Assembly (NCBI GenBank): GCA_030744625.1
Contig: JASLQF010000008.1
Span: 5,168-69,167, forward strand
Length of the DNA stretch: 64,000 nt
Origin: Rhodospirillales bacterium
Lineage (GTDB): Bacteria > Pseudomonadota > Alphaproteobacteria > Rhodospirillales > JASLQF01
Direction: 5' to 3'
Within the stretch, counting starts at the first letter, position 1. Each line of letters starts with the position of its first letter. Under the pieces are notes generated by a model that was not told where the DNA came from, ran no database searches, and saw nothing but the letters and a program-made list of their open reading frames with translations. The translations under genes and the position numbers were made by a program. Below, piece after piece: positions 13,380 to 21,452 of this stretch.

Positions 13380-13955
13380 ATGGCCAAGCATCGCCGCAAC
13401 AACGGAGCCACCGCCGCCGTTCTCTTCTCGGTGGCGGCGGGCATGGTCGGCCTGGCCTTCGCCTCGGTGCCCTTGTACCGGATATTCTGCGAGGTCACCG
13501 GCTATGGCGGGGCGCCCAAGGTAGGGGTAAGGGCGGCGTCGGGCGGGACTTCGGAGCGCCTCGTCACGGTGCGCCTCGATGCCAACGTCAATTCGAAGCT
13601 GCCCTGGAAATTCGCGCCGGAGCGGCGCCAGATCACGGTGCGCGCCGGCGAGGAGGTGCTCGTCCATTACACGGCGACCAACCTGTCGTCGGTGCCCATG
13701 ACCGGAACGGCGACCTTCAACGTGACCCCCTACAAGGCGGCGTCTTACTTCGGCAAGGTGGACTGCTTCTGTTTCACCGAGCAGACCTTGAAGCCCGGCG
13801 AGGAGGCCTCGATGGCGGTGTCCTTCTACGTCGACCCCGAAATCTTCGTGGACCCGGACACCCGGGACGTGAGCACGATCTCGCTTTCTTACACATTCTT
13901 CCGCGCCAAGGACAGGACGGCGGCGGCGCCGACGCGGTCGCAAGACAACGGCTAG
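13380..13955 (+). CDS. ctaG: Cytochrome c oxidase assembly protein CtaG/Cox11
   Basis: 191 aa; FASVPLYRIFCEVTGYGG and the CFCF copper motif. Confidence 0.93.
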   Translation: MAKHRRNNGATAAVLFSVAAGMVGLAFASVPLYRIFCEVTGYGGAPKVGVRAASGGTSERLVTVRLDANVNSKLPWKFAPERRQITVRAGEEVLVHYTATNLSSVPMTGTATFNVTPYKAASYFGKVDCFCFTEQTLKPGEEASMAVSFYVDPEIFVDPDTRDVSTISLSYTFFRAKDRTAAAPTRSQDNG

Positions 13956-13994
13956 CGCGGCACGGCGCGGCAGCCCGCGAATGGAGAGGCAGCA

Positions 13995-14807
13995 ATGGCA
14001 AGCGATATAACCAAGAAACACCCCTGGCACCTGGTCGACCCGAGCCCGTGGCCGATCGTCGGCACGGTGGGAGCGCTAACCATGGCGCTCGGCGGCATCT
14101 GGTTCATGAAGGACGGGCCGCTGTGGGGATTCCTGGCCGGCGTCGCCATCGTGCTCTACTGCATGTACGGGTGGTGGCGCGACGTGGTGCGCGAGGCGGA
14201 AAGCGGCGCCGACCATACGTCGCCCGTGCGGCACGGCCTGCGCGTCGGCATGCTGCTGTTCATCGTTTCGGAGGTGATGTTCTTCTTCGCCTTCTTCTGG
14301 GCGTACTTCAATTCCAGCATGCCGATTCTCAGCTTCGCGGCCCACGAGACGTGGCCGCCCGAGGGGATCGAGCCGCTCTATACGTGGAGTATCCCGTTCC
14401 TCAACACCCTCATCCTGCTCACCTCGGGGGGCACGGTGACGTGGGCCCACCACGCCGTACGGGCCGGGGATCGCAAGGCCCTGCTCATCGCCCTGGCGCT
14501 GACCATTGTCCTTGGCGTCATTTTCCTCGGCTTCCAGGCCTACGAATATGCGCACGCGGCTTTCGGGCTGACCGACGGCATCTACCCGTCGACCTTCTTC
14601 ATCGCCACCGGCTTCCACGGCTTTCACGTGTTCGTCGGGGCGTGCTTTTTGACCGTGTGCTTCTTCCGGGCGCGGGCCGGACACTTCTCGGAAACCCAGC
14701 ACGTGGGCTTCGAGGCGGCGGCTTGGTACTGGCATTTCGTCGACGTGGTGTGGCTGTTCCTGTTCACCTGGGTCTACTGGTGGGGCAGCTACGGCTACCA
14801 GTGGTAG
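13995..14807 (+). CDS. ctaE: Cytochrome c oxidase subunit III
   Basis: 270 aa; HPWHLVDPSPWP N-terminus and a GFHGFHV motif. Confidence 0.95.
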   Translation: MASDITKKHPWHLVDPSPWPIVGTVGALTMALGGIWFMKDGPLWGFLAGVAIVLYCMYGWWRDVVREAESGADHTSPVRHGLRVGMLLFIVSEVMFFFAFFWAYFNSSMPILSFAAHETWPPEGIEPLYTWSIPFLNTLILLTSGGTVTWAHHAVRAGDRKALLIALALTIVLGVIFLGFQAYEYAHAAFGLTDGIYPSTFFIATGFHGFHVFVGACFLTVCFFRARAGHFSETQHVGFEAAAWYWHFVDVVWLFLFTWVYWWGSYGYQW

Positions 14808-14823
14808 GAGAGCCGCCCGCGGC

Positions 14824-15210
14824 ATGGGGGGGCTTGGCGCCCCTGCGACCGTCGACGTCATCGGGCGCGGACTGCGCTGCCGTTGTCCCCGTTGCGGACG
14901 CGCTAATCTATTCGACGGCTTCCTCAAGGTAACCGAGCGTTGCGCCGCCTGCGGGCTCGGCTTCGGCGGGCACGACGCCGGCGACGGGCCGGCGGTGTTC
15001 ATCGTCCTCGTGGTTGGCGCGGTGGTTACCGGGCTGGCGCTGCTTACCGAGATCGCCCTGGCGCCACCGCTGTGGGTGCACGCGCTCCTGTGGACGCCCC
15101 TGATCGTCGCCTTTTCGTTGGCCGGCTTGCGGCCTCTCAAAGGGGTGACGGTGGCCCTGCAATACAAGTTCCGCTCGGTAGAGGAACCCGCCGAGCCGGG
15201 CGGGCAGTGA
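14824..15210 (+). CDS. DUF983 domain protein
   Basis: 128 aa; zinc-ribbon CPRCGRANLFDGFLKVTERCAACG followed by two TM segments. This is the usual position after coxC in alphaproteobacteria. Confidence 0.8.
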   Translation: MGGLGAPATVDVIGRGLRCRCPRCGRANLFDGFLKVTERCAACGLGFGGHDAGDGPAVFIVLVVGAVVTGLALLTEIALAPPLWVHALLWTPLIVAFSLAGLRPLKGVTVALQYKFRSVEEPAEPGGQ

Positions 15211-15243
15211 CGGCCCAAGGTCGCCGCCCGGCGCGCGCGCCCC

Positions 15244-15858
15244 TCACGCCTGCGTCTTCAATATCAGCAGCTTGATGATGTCCTGGTACAGGAAGCGCCG
15301 TTCGACGAGTCTCAGCCCGGCACCGGGAACGTAGCGCTCGGTTTCGCGGTCGAACGCGGCGCCGTAGATTGCCCGCACCCAGGGCGCCCACAGGCGCATG
15401 ACGAGGCGGCGGACGGGGTTTCGGGAGTACGCGTACTCGATGATCCTGATCTCTCCATCGGGCTTGCACAGGCGCGACAATTCCTTCAACGCCGGAAGCT
15501 GCTGGTTCTCGTCCAGGACGCAGAACAGGAAGGTTGCGACGACCGCGTCAAAGTGGTTGTCGGGGAAGGTGGTCCGGCACACGTCCATCTCCAATAGCTC
15601 GACCCTGAGGCCGAGCCTGGCGCGCCGCTTGGCGGCCCTGTCGAGCATGCTCGGGCTGAGGTCGATGCCGGTTACGCTGCATTCTTGGGGATAGAACTCC
15701 ATGTTGCGGCCCGTTCCGACCCCGGCGTCGAGGATGTGGCCGGAAAGCCCGGAGAACAGATGCGCACGGAGAGGCCTGTAGCGGCCAAGCTCGAAGGGAA
15801 GATCGAGGATGTCGTACAGGCGAGCGGTGAGCCCATAGACTCTTTTCCTGGTCATCAT
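15244..15858 (-). CDS. Class I SAM-dependent methyltransferase
   Basis: C-terminal 204 aa of ORF 15244..16029, from MMTRKRVYG; SAM motif ILDAGVGTGRN. Confidence 0.8.
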   Translation of the reverse strand: MMTRKRVYGLTARLYDILDLPFELGRYRPLRAHLFSGLSGHILDAGVGTGRNMEFYPQECSVTGIDLSPSMLDRAAKRRARLGLRVELLEMDVCRTTFPDNHFDAVVATFLFCVLDENQQLPALKELSRLCKPDGEIRIIEYAYSRNPVRRLVMRLWAPWVRAIYGAAFDRETERYVPGAGLRLVERRFLYQDIIKLLILKTQA

Positions 15859-15988
15859 TCGACACTCCTCGCTCGAAGCGGCACGACTTGGGAACCGCTC
15901 ATTCGGAGTTGCCGTGCCGGCCCTCTTGAACCGCGCCGCCGGCAAGGATACGCCTTCGATCTTGAAGAGGGCGGCACGGGGCGCCGCG

Positions 15989-16660
15989 TCATTGCGGACC
16001 ATCAATGAATCGTTCGATGTCCTCCGCAATTTCTTCGGCCGCCATGCCGTTGGGGTAGCGGCTTAGCCCACCGCCGTCCGGCCCCACGAGGTAGATCGAG
16101 GCACCGTGATCCACGACGTACCGCAAGTTGTCCTGGTTCGCCCCAATTTGGCTTTCATCGGCGTCATCGAGTTCCAAGGGGAAGAATTTCATGCGGCGCA
16201 CGCGATAGCGCTTGGCTGCCGCAGCGACATGTTCACGCGCGCCCGTGAGACCGATTAACCGTGGGTCGAAACGTCGAACATAAGCGGCCATCACCTCGAC
16301 CGTGTCACGCTCGGGATCGACGGTGATCAAGATCGGCTGCACTTTCTCACCTTTCTCGCCCAGAATTTGAATCGCCTCGATCATGACCCGAAGGTCAATG
16401 GGGCACAGGTCGGGGCAGTGGGTATAGCCGAAATAGACAAGCATGAATTTCCCGAGGAAGTCCTTGTCGGTGACATCGTACCCCCTGTGGTCGACCAACG
16501 AAAACGGACCGCGATTGGCCGACTGTGAAACCGGACCGCTCTGACCCGCCTCGTGCGCCCAGGCGGGCGTGGAATAGAGACCACCCAGCGGGAACACTGC
16601 CAAAACGATGACCAGTGCAACGAATGCGGTCGGGAAACGACCTTCGTTCATGTCCACCAC
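15989..16660 (-). CDS. SCO1/SenC family copper chaperone
   Basis: 223 aa; TM anchor, FGYTHCPDLCP (CxxxC) and a conserved His in VVDHGASIYLV. Confidence 0.9.
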   Translation of the reverse strand: MVDMNEGRFPTAFVALVIVLAVFPLGGLYSTPAWAHEAGQSGPVSQSANRGPFSLVDHRGYDVTDKDFLGKFMLVYFGYTHCPDLCPIDLRVMIEAIQILGEKGEKVQPILITVDPERDTVEVMAAYVRRFDPRLIGLTGAREHVAAAAKRYRVRRMKFFPLELDDADESQIGANQDNLRYVVDHGASIYLVGPDGGGLSRYPNGMAAEEIAEDIERFIDGPQ

Positions 16661-16664
16661 CTAG

Positions 16665-17468
16665 CTAAAATGACTTCGGACCAGTCATAGCCTCGTACAT
16701 CGTTGATGACATTGATTTGACGTACGTTAGTGCGAGAGGCGAGCCGACCTCGTACTGTCCGCGGGTATGCAGCGGGAAGCCGTTCCACGCAGCCATGCGG
16801 GACAAATCCTCGCCCAAAATCTCCATGGTGTCCGTGATGGTGGTCAGGGCGTTGATGTGCACGACCATGTTGACCGGGTCGAACTTCGGTCCGTGGTAGC
16901 GGGCCCTCAGGTTTCCGCTTTTGTCGATCAGGTGCGTGACCAGGCCGTGCATCTGAAAGCCGTCCTTCGTGGGGCTGAATTATAGGCCGTAACGTTCCGC
17001 CAGCTCTTGCGTCGCCTTCGGTTTTTCGGGACCGCTGGTGAAAAACGTCCAGTTGGCCGGGTCGAGACCGTGTGCCGTGCCGTGCTTTTGTAATACTTGC
17101 GGCGTGTCCCGCTCGGGGTCGGTGGTGATGGCGATGAACCTGACAAGCTCTTTCATCGGGGTATCGTTCACCATTTCCTGGATCTCCGCGATCCTTTCGC
17201 TGTGCAGGGGACATACGTCGGGACAGCTCGCGTAGATAAACCACAACACCACGATCTTGCCGCGCAGGCCGGAAAGACTTCGGGTCCGTCCCTCGGCGTC
17301 CCGCAGCGCAAAATCCGGGGCCGGCCGCTGGACGATCTCCACGTATCTCTCCCTTTCGCGAAGCTGGTCCTCCAGGTGCTTGAGGGAGTGCGCCGCGACC
17401 GGTGCCGCCCCCGCCCCCGCAAGCAGGGCAGCGAGGGCGAGCGCGGCGCACGACCTTTTGGTCATCAT
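16665..17468 (-). pseudogene. Second SCO1/SenC family gene interrupted by an in-frame TAA (complement 16980..16982)
   Basis: ORFs 16980..17468 and 16665..16952 are in the same frame. Read-through gives ...AERYGL*FSPTKDGFQMHGLVTHLIDKSGNLR. CPDVCP lies before the stop and the Cu-ligand His after it. Confidence 0.75.
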
Positions 17469-17475
17469 CGGTTTC

Positions 17476-18183
17476 TTAGCCGCATTTGCGGCGGATGAAG
17501 GGACTGATCTCGTCAGGCGTGGAAAAAATCACGGAGGCCCGATCCCCCCGCATGCCTGCCGGTATGAGCACCGGGTCCCCCTTGGCCGGACCGTTGTCGC
17601 TGGAATCGGACTTGAAGCGTAGGTTGAATTCCCAGAACTGGTGGGTGTCTCCCGTCCCCGTCGTCACGTCGTAAGTGTCCGCGCAGTAGGTGATGGACGT
17701 GACCTGGTTGTTGGCTCCAAGCTCCTTCAGGTTCAGCGGGCGCCCACCCATCATGCCGCCCATCATTCCGCCCGTTCCCTGGGCAGACCCGGTTTCCGCT
17801 CGCGAGGATTCCTTCAGGAAGGCGATCAGGTCTTGACGCATTCCCGGAACGTCGATTCCGCGGAATACCATTCGGTTTCCCGGAATCATCGTTTTTGGGT
17901 TCTGGAGCCATGCATCCAGGGATACCCCGTGCCAAATGACGTTTGATTCCCTAAGGGCTTTCGAATAGCGCCTGAACCCCTCGATCGTGCCGGCCTTGCG
18001 GTTCCAGATGCCGGCGAGGCTGGGTCCCGTGCGATGGTCTCCCGGCTCCATGGAATGGCACGCCGCACACTGCCTGAACGCGCGTGCTCCGCGTTCGACA
18101 TTGCCATCGCCTGCCGCCGGAACTGCTTGCGCGGCCAACAAGCCGGCCAGGGCGAGGGAGAAAAGAGCAGTCAATTTCAACAT
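17476..18183 (-). CDS. Secreted c-type cytochrome (c2-like domain) fused to a Met-rich linker and an uncharacterized C-terminal domain
   Basis: 235 aa; signal peptide, heme site CAACHS, distal Met context MIPGNRMVF, then GGMMGGMMGG and about 95 further residues with two Cys. Confidence 0.8.
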   Translation of the reverse strand: MLKLTALFSLALAGLLAAQAVPAAGDGNVERGARAFRQCAACHSMEPGDHRTGPSLAGIWNRKAGTIEGFRRYSKALRESNVIWHGVSLDAWLQNPKTMIPGNRMVFRGIDVPGMRQDLIAFLKESSRAETGSAQGTGGMMGGMMGGRPLNLKELGANNQVTSITYCADTYDVTTGTGDTHQFWEFNLRFKSDSSDNGPAKGDPVLIPAGMRGDRASVIFSTPDEISPFIRRKCG

Positions 18184-18357
18184 GGTTCTATCACCTATTA
18201 TCGACCCCTCGGACCGGCTGTCATTTCGTGGCTCCGGAAGTCGGTTTCCAACGTATGCTTTATTTGTTCGGCACGCCGGACGCGCTCGATCAAGTCGCGA
18301 AAAGCGGTCGGACCGGCGGCCCGTTCATTTGACAGGCCACCGGTCCAACCTAGTCCG

Positions 18358-18597
18358 TCAGTCCTTGTTCTCCGGCCCTTGATCGTGCTTCGGGAGCTTA
18401 TCTCGATGATGCCGCATCATGCCCTGCATCATCTGGTTGCAGGTAGCCATCATCTGACTCATCTGCCCCATCATGCCACCCTGGCCCATCATAGAGCCTT
18501 GCGAACCGTCGGACTGGTGAGCGTAAAGGGCTGTTCCACTAAGCATGGCGACGGCCAGGGCCGAGGCCACGATGACTGTTTTCAGGTTCTTGCGCAT
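18358..18597 (-). CDS. Small secreted Met/His-rich protein (putative Cu(I) binder)
   Basis: Last 79 aa of ORF 18358..18633, from MRKNLKTVIVASALAVAML. The predicted mature part has 11 Met in 53 residues (SMMGQGGMMGQMSQMMATCNQMMQGMMRHH). Confidence 0.55.
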   Translation of the reverse strand: MRKNLKTVIVASALAVAMLSGTALYAHQSDGSQGSMMGQGGMMGQMSQMMATCNQMMQGMMRHHRDKLPKHDQGPENKD

Positions 18598-18741
18598 GTT
18601 TCTTTCTTTCCTTCGAGGATAGGGTTGATGCATATCTCCGGCGGCGGGTTAATCCACCCAGCCGGATCATGCTCAAGACCGAGACGCCCGGTGTGGAAAC
18701 GGAAGTCACACCGTGCCAACCGCCCGGGCTGACGCCCGGGG

Positions 18742-19086
18742 CTATGCGCGGGATAGAAGTTTGGGAGGGGGAGATTCGGTTTCCGCCGACCACAATCGCG
18801 CGCCGGGGAGGAGCCGGTCGGAGGCCGTGAAATACCAGGGTAGCGGAACGGCCTCGTAAATCGCCGACAAGGCGGCAAAGGCCGCACATTGGGGGGCGCA
18901 GGCGTCGATGGAGATATCCTCCTCTCCGCATTCACTGCAACACCCCTCGGCGGACATTTGGGCGCCCGCGCAAATGCCCAGGGGGACTTCCGTCGTGACC
19001 GGGAAATCGAACCGGACCGGCGTCCCCGCGACCAGCGCCAGGACGATCAGGGTGGAAAAAATTCGTTGAGCCGCCAAAAAACTCAT
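18742..19086 (-). CDS. Hypothetical Cys-rich exported/membrane protein
   Basis: Last 114 aa of ORF 18742..19146, from MSFLAAQRIFSTLIVLALVAG; Cys cluster CAGAQMSAEGCCSECGEEDISIDACAPQC. No family recognised. Confidence 0.4.
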   Translation of the reverse strand: MSFLAAQRIFSTLIVLALVAGTPVRFDFPVTTEVPLGICAGAQMSAEGCCSECGEEDISIDACAPQCAAFAALSAIYEAVPLPWYFTASDRLLPGARLWSAETESPPPKLLSRA

Positions 19087-19165
19087 AAAATTTTTGTTCT
19101 GTTTTCCAGAATCGAAACCTAAACGTTCCCGTCGATGGAATGTCAAATTAAACTTGCTCTTCGCC

Positions 19166-19495
19166 CTAGGCGCCTGCCCTGGGACCGAGCAGGATGATCG
19201 CCGCGCCGACTAGGCAGACGGCACTTCCCGTCACGTCCCAGCGGTCGGGGCGCGTGCCCTCGACGGCCCACAGCCACACCAGCGAGGCGGCGATGTAGAC
19301 CCCGCCATAGGCGGCAAAGGCGCGGCCCGCGAAGGCGGCGTCGATGCGCGTCAGCAGGAGGGCGAAGACGGCAAGCGCCGCCACTCCTGGCAGCGTCCAC
19401 AGGGCGCCGTGGCCAAGCCTGAGCCACGCCCAGAACGCAAAGCATCCGGCGATCTCGGCAACGGCGGCGGCGGCGTAGATGGCGAACGATGTCAT
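19166..19495 (-). CDS. ynfA: YnfA family (UPF0060) small membrane protein
   Basis: 109 aa; [19 protein letters not shown] is typical of UPF0060. Confidence 0.85.
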   Translation of the reverse strand: MTSFAIYAAAAVAEIAGCFAFWAWLRLGHGALWTLPGVAALAVFALLLTRIDAAFAGRAFAAYGGVYIAASLVWLWAVEGTRPDRWDVTGSAVCLVGAAIILLGPRAGA

Positions 19496-19865
19496 CCGCC
19501 CATTATAGGCTCATCGAGATGTCAGGCGCAGCCGCCCAACGCGCCTACAGGCGCAGTGGCCAGGCCGCCCGCTCACCTGGACCGATCACCCCACAAATCC
19601 GTGCGTTGATCGACGGTGCCGGCAAGTCGAGGGGGCCTCTTTTTTCCGCGCGGCAGAAAACCGAAAGAGGGGGGGGTACCCCCCCACGGCGCCGGCGACC
19701 CCCCACCCCCTTCCTGTCGGCCTGAGGATTGTCAGAATTTTCTCGGTATTGCGCGATCTCGGAAACTCTCCCTTCCAGGACTGGGGTTGGGGGTGTGTAT
19801 CCGCTCACCTAGCGCCTCGAGATGGCGGGAGCAGGCATCGACCATCGCCGGGTTACCTAACAGAT

Positions 19866-19936
19866 GTCCGCTTTCAGCCTAAAAGCGGACGGAAATCAGC
19901 CGCCCTTCAAACGTCTGCTCCTCGCCAAAAGCGGAC
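19866..19936 (+). repeat. REP-like hairpin repeat cluster A (2 modules)
   Basis: Modules 19866-19890 gtccgctttcagcctaaaagcggac and 19913-19936 gtctgctcctcgccaaaagcggac, starts 47 bp apart. Confidence 0.75.
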
Positions 19937-20165
19937 ATCAAGGCAGGTGTAAGAAGTCCAAAAATTTCCAGTTGATCTATATCAAGGAGGGCGCGCGGCT
20001 TGTAACTTAGCCTCGTACGGGCTGCGGAGATCGTCGTGATGCGGGGCCGCGTTGTATGTCCCTTCGGGGCCCAGCATTCCTGAAGTACAACTTTGGCGGC
20101 CCTTCTGGGTCGCTGCCTTTTTTTCCGAGGGCTCGCCGGGGCAATTAGGTGGACGGGGTCGGGTG

Positions 20166-20321
20166 ATGTCGAGTGTCACGAAACCAAAGCAGGACCAACA
20201 GTTCCGTTCCGAGCCGAAGCTCCGCAAATGCCTCAAATGCGGCAAGGAGTTCACCTCGAATCATCGCGGCGAGCGTATCTGTCCGAGGTGCAAGGCGAGC
20301 CAAGAATGGAAGATGTCATAA
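20166..20321 (+). CDS. Small zinc-ribbon-like protein (hypothetical, 51 aa)
   Basis: End of ORF 20052..20321, from MSSVTKPK; paired CxxC motifs (CLKCGKEF...CPRCKAS). Confidence 0.45.
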   Translation: MSSVTKPKQDQQFRSEPKLRKCLKCGKEFTSNHRGERICPRCKASQEWKMS

Positions 20322-20471
20322 TGACGGGCCATTCGGACAGCCCATAGCTGTCAAGGGCCCGCACCCGCCTTGACTCGAATTCGGGCGCGCCGCACCATCA
20401 TCGGGCACAGTTTGAGGGGTCATTTGGGGAATGTTGGATAAGAACGGCAGACGCGGCGGGGGGAACAAGAA

Positions 20472-21071
20472 ATGAGCAAAATGCTCCTCGCCATCATCGT
20501 CATCATCGTCTTCATGGTTCTCGGCATCATGATAAGAGTTTCACTTAAAAAGAAAGATACAGAACGATCCCGAGCGGCATCAGAGGCTAATAAGAGAAAG
20601 GAAAAAAGGGCTGCGCTATCAAAGTCGGTAAAGAAAATTCAATGGGAGGATCGGTTTGTCGTCGATGAGGGAGTTATCGATCGGGACCACAAATTCTTGT
20701 TCAACCTAATCAACGCTTTCAACGAGAACCTTTCCAAGTACCATTCGGCCGATCAGATGGCGCCTATTCTGGAGTCTTTGACAAAATATACTCAAACGCA
20801 TTTTCGGCGTGAGGAAAAGCTTCAACAGATTTCGGGCTTTTCCTTTCATGAATACCATAAGAAAGAACACATTGCTCTGATTGAGAAATTTAACAGCATG
20901 GTAAGGAAAGCTGAAAAGGCGAACGAAGACAATGTGACCGATGTTGCCATTGAAATCGGATCGTTTTTGCAGGAATGGCTAATTGAGCATGTGATAGATA
21001 ATGATCTTCTTATGAAGCCCTATGTGGACCGGATGCGCGAACACGCAGCGGGTATGGACAACCTGTCCTAA
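20472..21071 (+). CDS. Membrane-anchored hemerythrin-like metal-binding protein
   Basis: 199 aa; N-terminal TM, Lys-rich linker, hemerythrin ligand pattern (DRDHKFLF, HFRREE, HKKEH, WLIEHVIDND). Codon usage is AT-rich. Confidence 0.8.
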   Translation: MSKMLLAIIVIIVFMVLGIMIRVSLKKKDTERSRAASEANKRKEKRAALSKSVKKIQWEDRFVVDEGVIDRDHKFLFNLINAFNENLSKYHSADQMAPILESLTKYTQTHFRREEKLQQISGFSFHEYHKKEHIALIEKFNSMVRKAEKANEDNVTDVAIEIGSFLQEWLIEHVIDNDLLMKPYVDRMREHAAGMDNLS

Positions 21072-21168
21072 TGACCTGCCCTCACAAACGATACCACCTT
21101 TTTTTTGAGTTAGACTGAACACCGCTGGAGGGATGTGCCGACACGGCTGTAACTTCCATGTAGCGGAG

Positions 21169-21325
21169 GTCCGAATTTGATCAAAAGCGGTCGTCGATTA
21201 TCTGACAGCGAATGGTCCGCTATAGCCCCAGGAGCGAACATCGGTTTCGGACATGTCTGCTTTCAGGGGCAAAGCGGACGGAGATCAACGACCTTCAGAA
21301 CGTCCGCAGATAGCCAAGAACGGAC
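21169..21325 (+). repeat. REP-like hairpin repeat cluster B (4 modules)
   Basis: Modules start at 21169, 21215, 21255 and 21302 (spacing 46/40/47 bp). Each is GTC(C/T)G..N..(A/G)CGG(A/T)C-like. The last two match cluster A and C modules in order and orientation. Confidence 0.7.
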
Positions 21326-21452
21326 CTTCTCAAAGACGCCTATCCAATCTTACAACCATCAAGGCGGTTCGCGGTTCCCCGCTTCAGTGTTTGCGGCTAC
21401 TATTTAATCTGATCAATGGTCGACTATTTTTCTAGTCGATAAGGAACGATCA

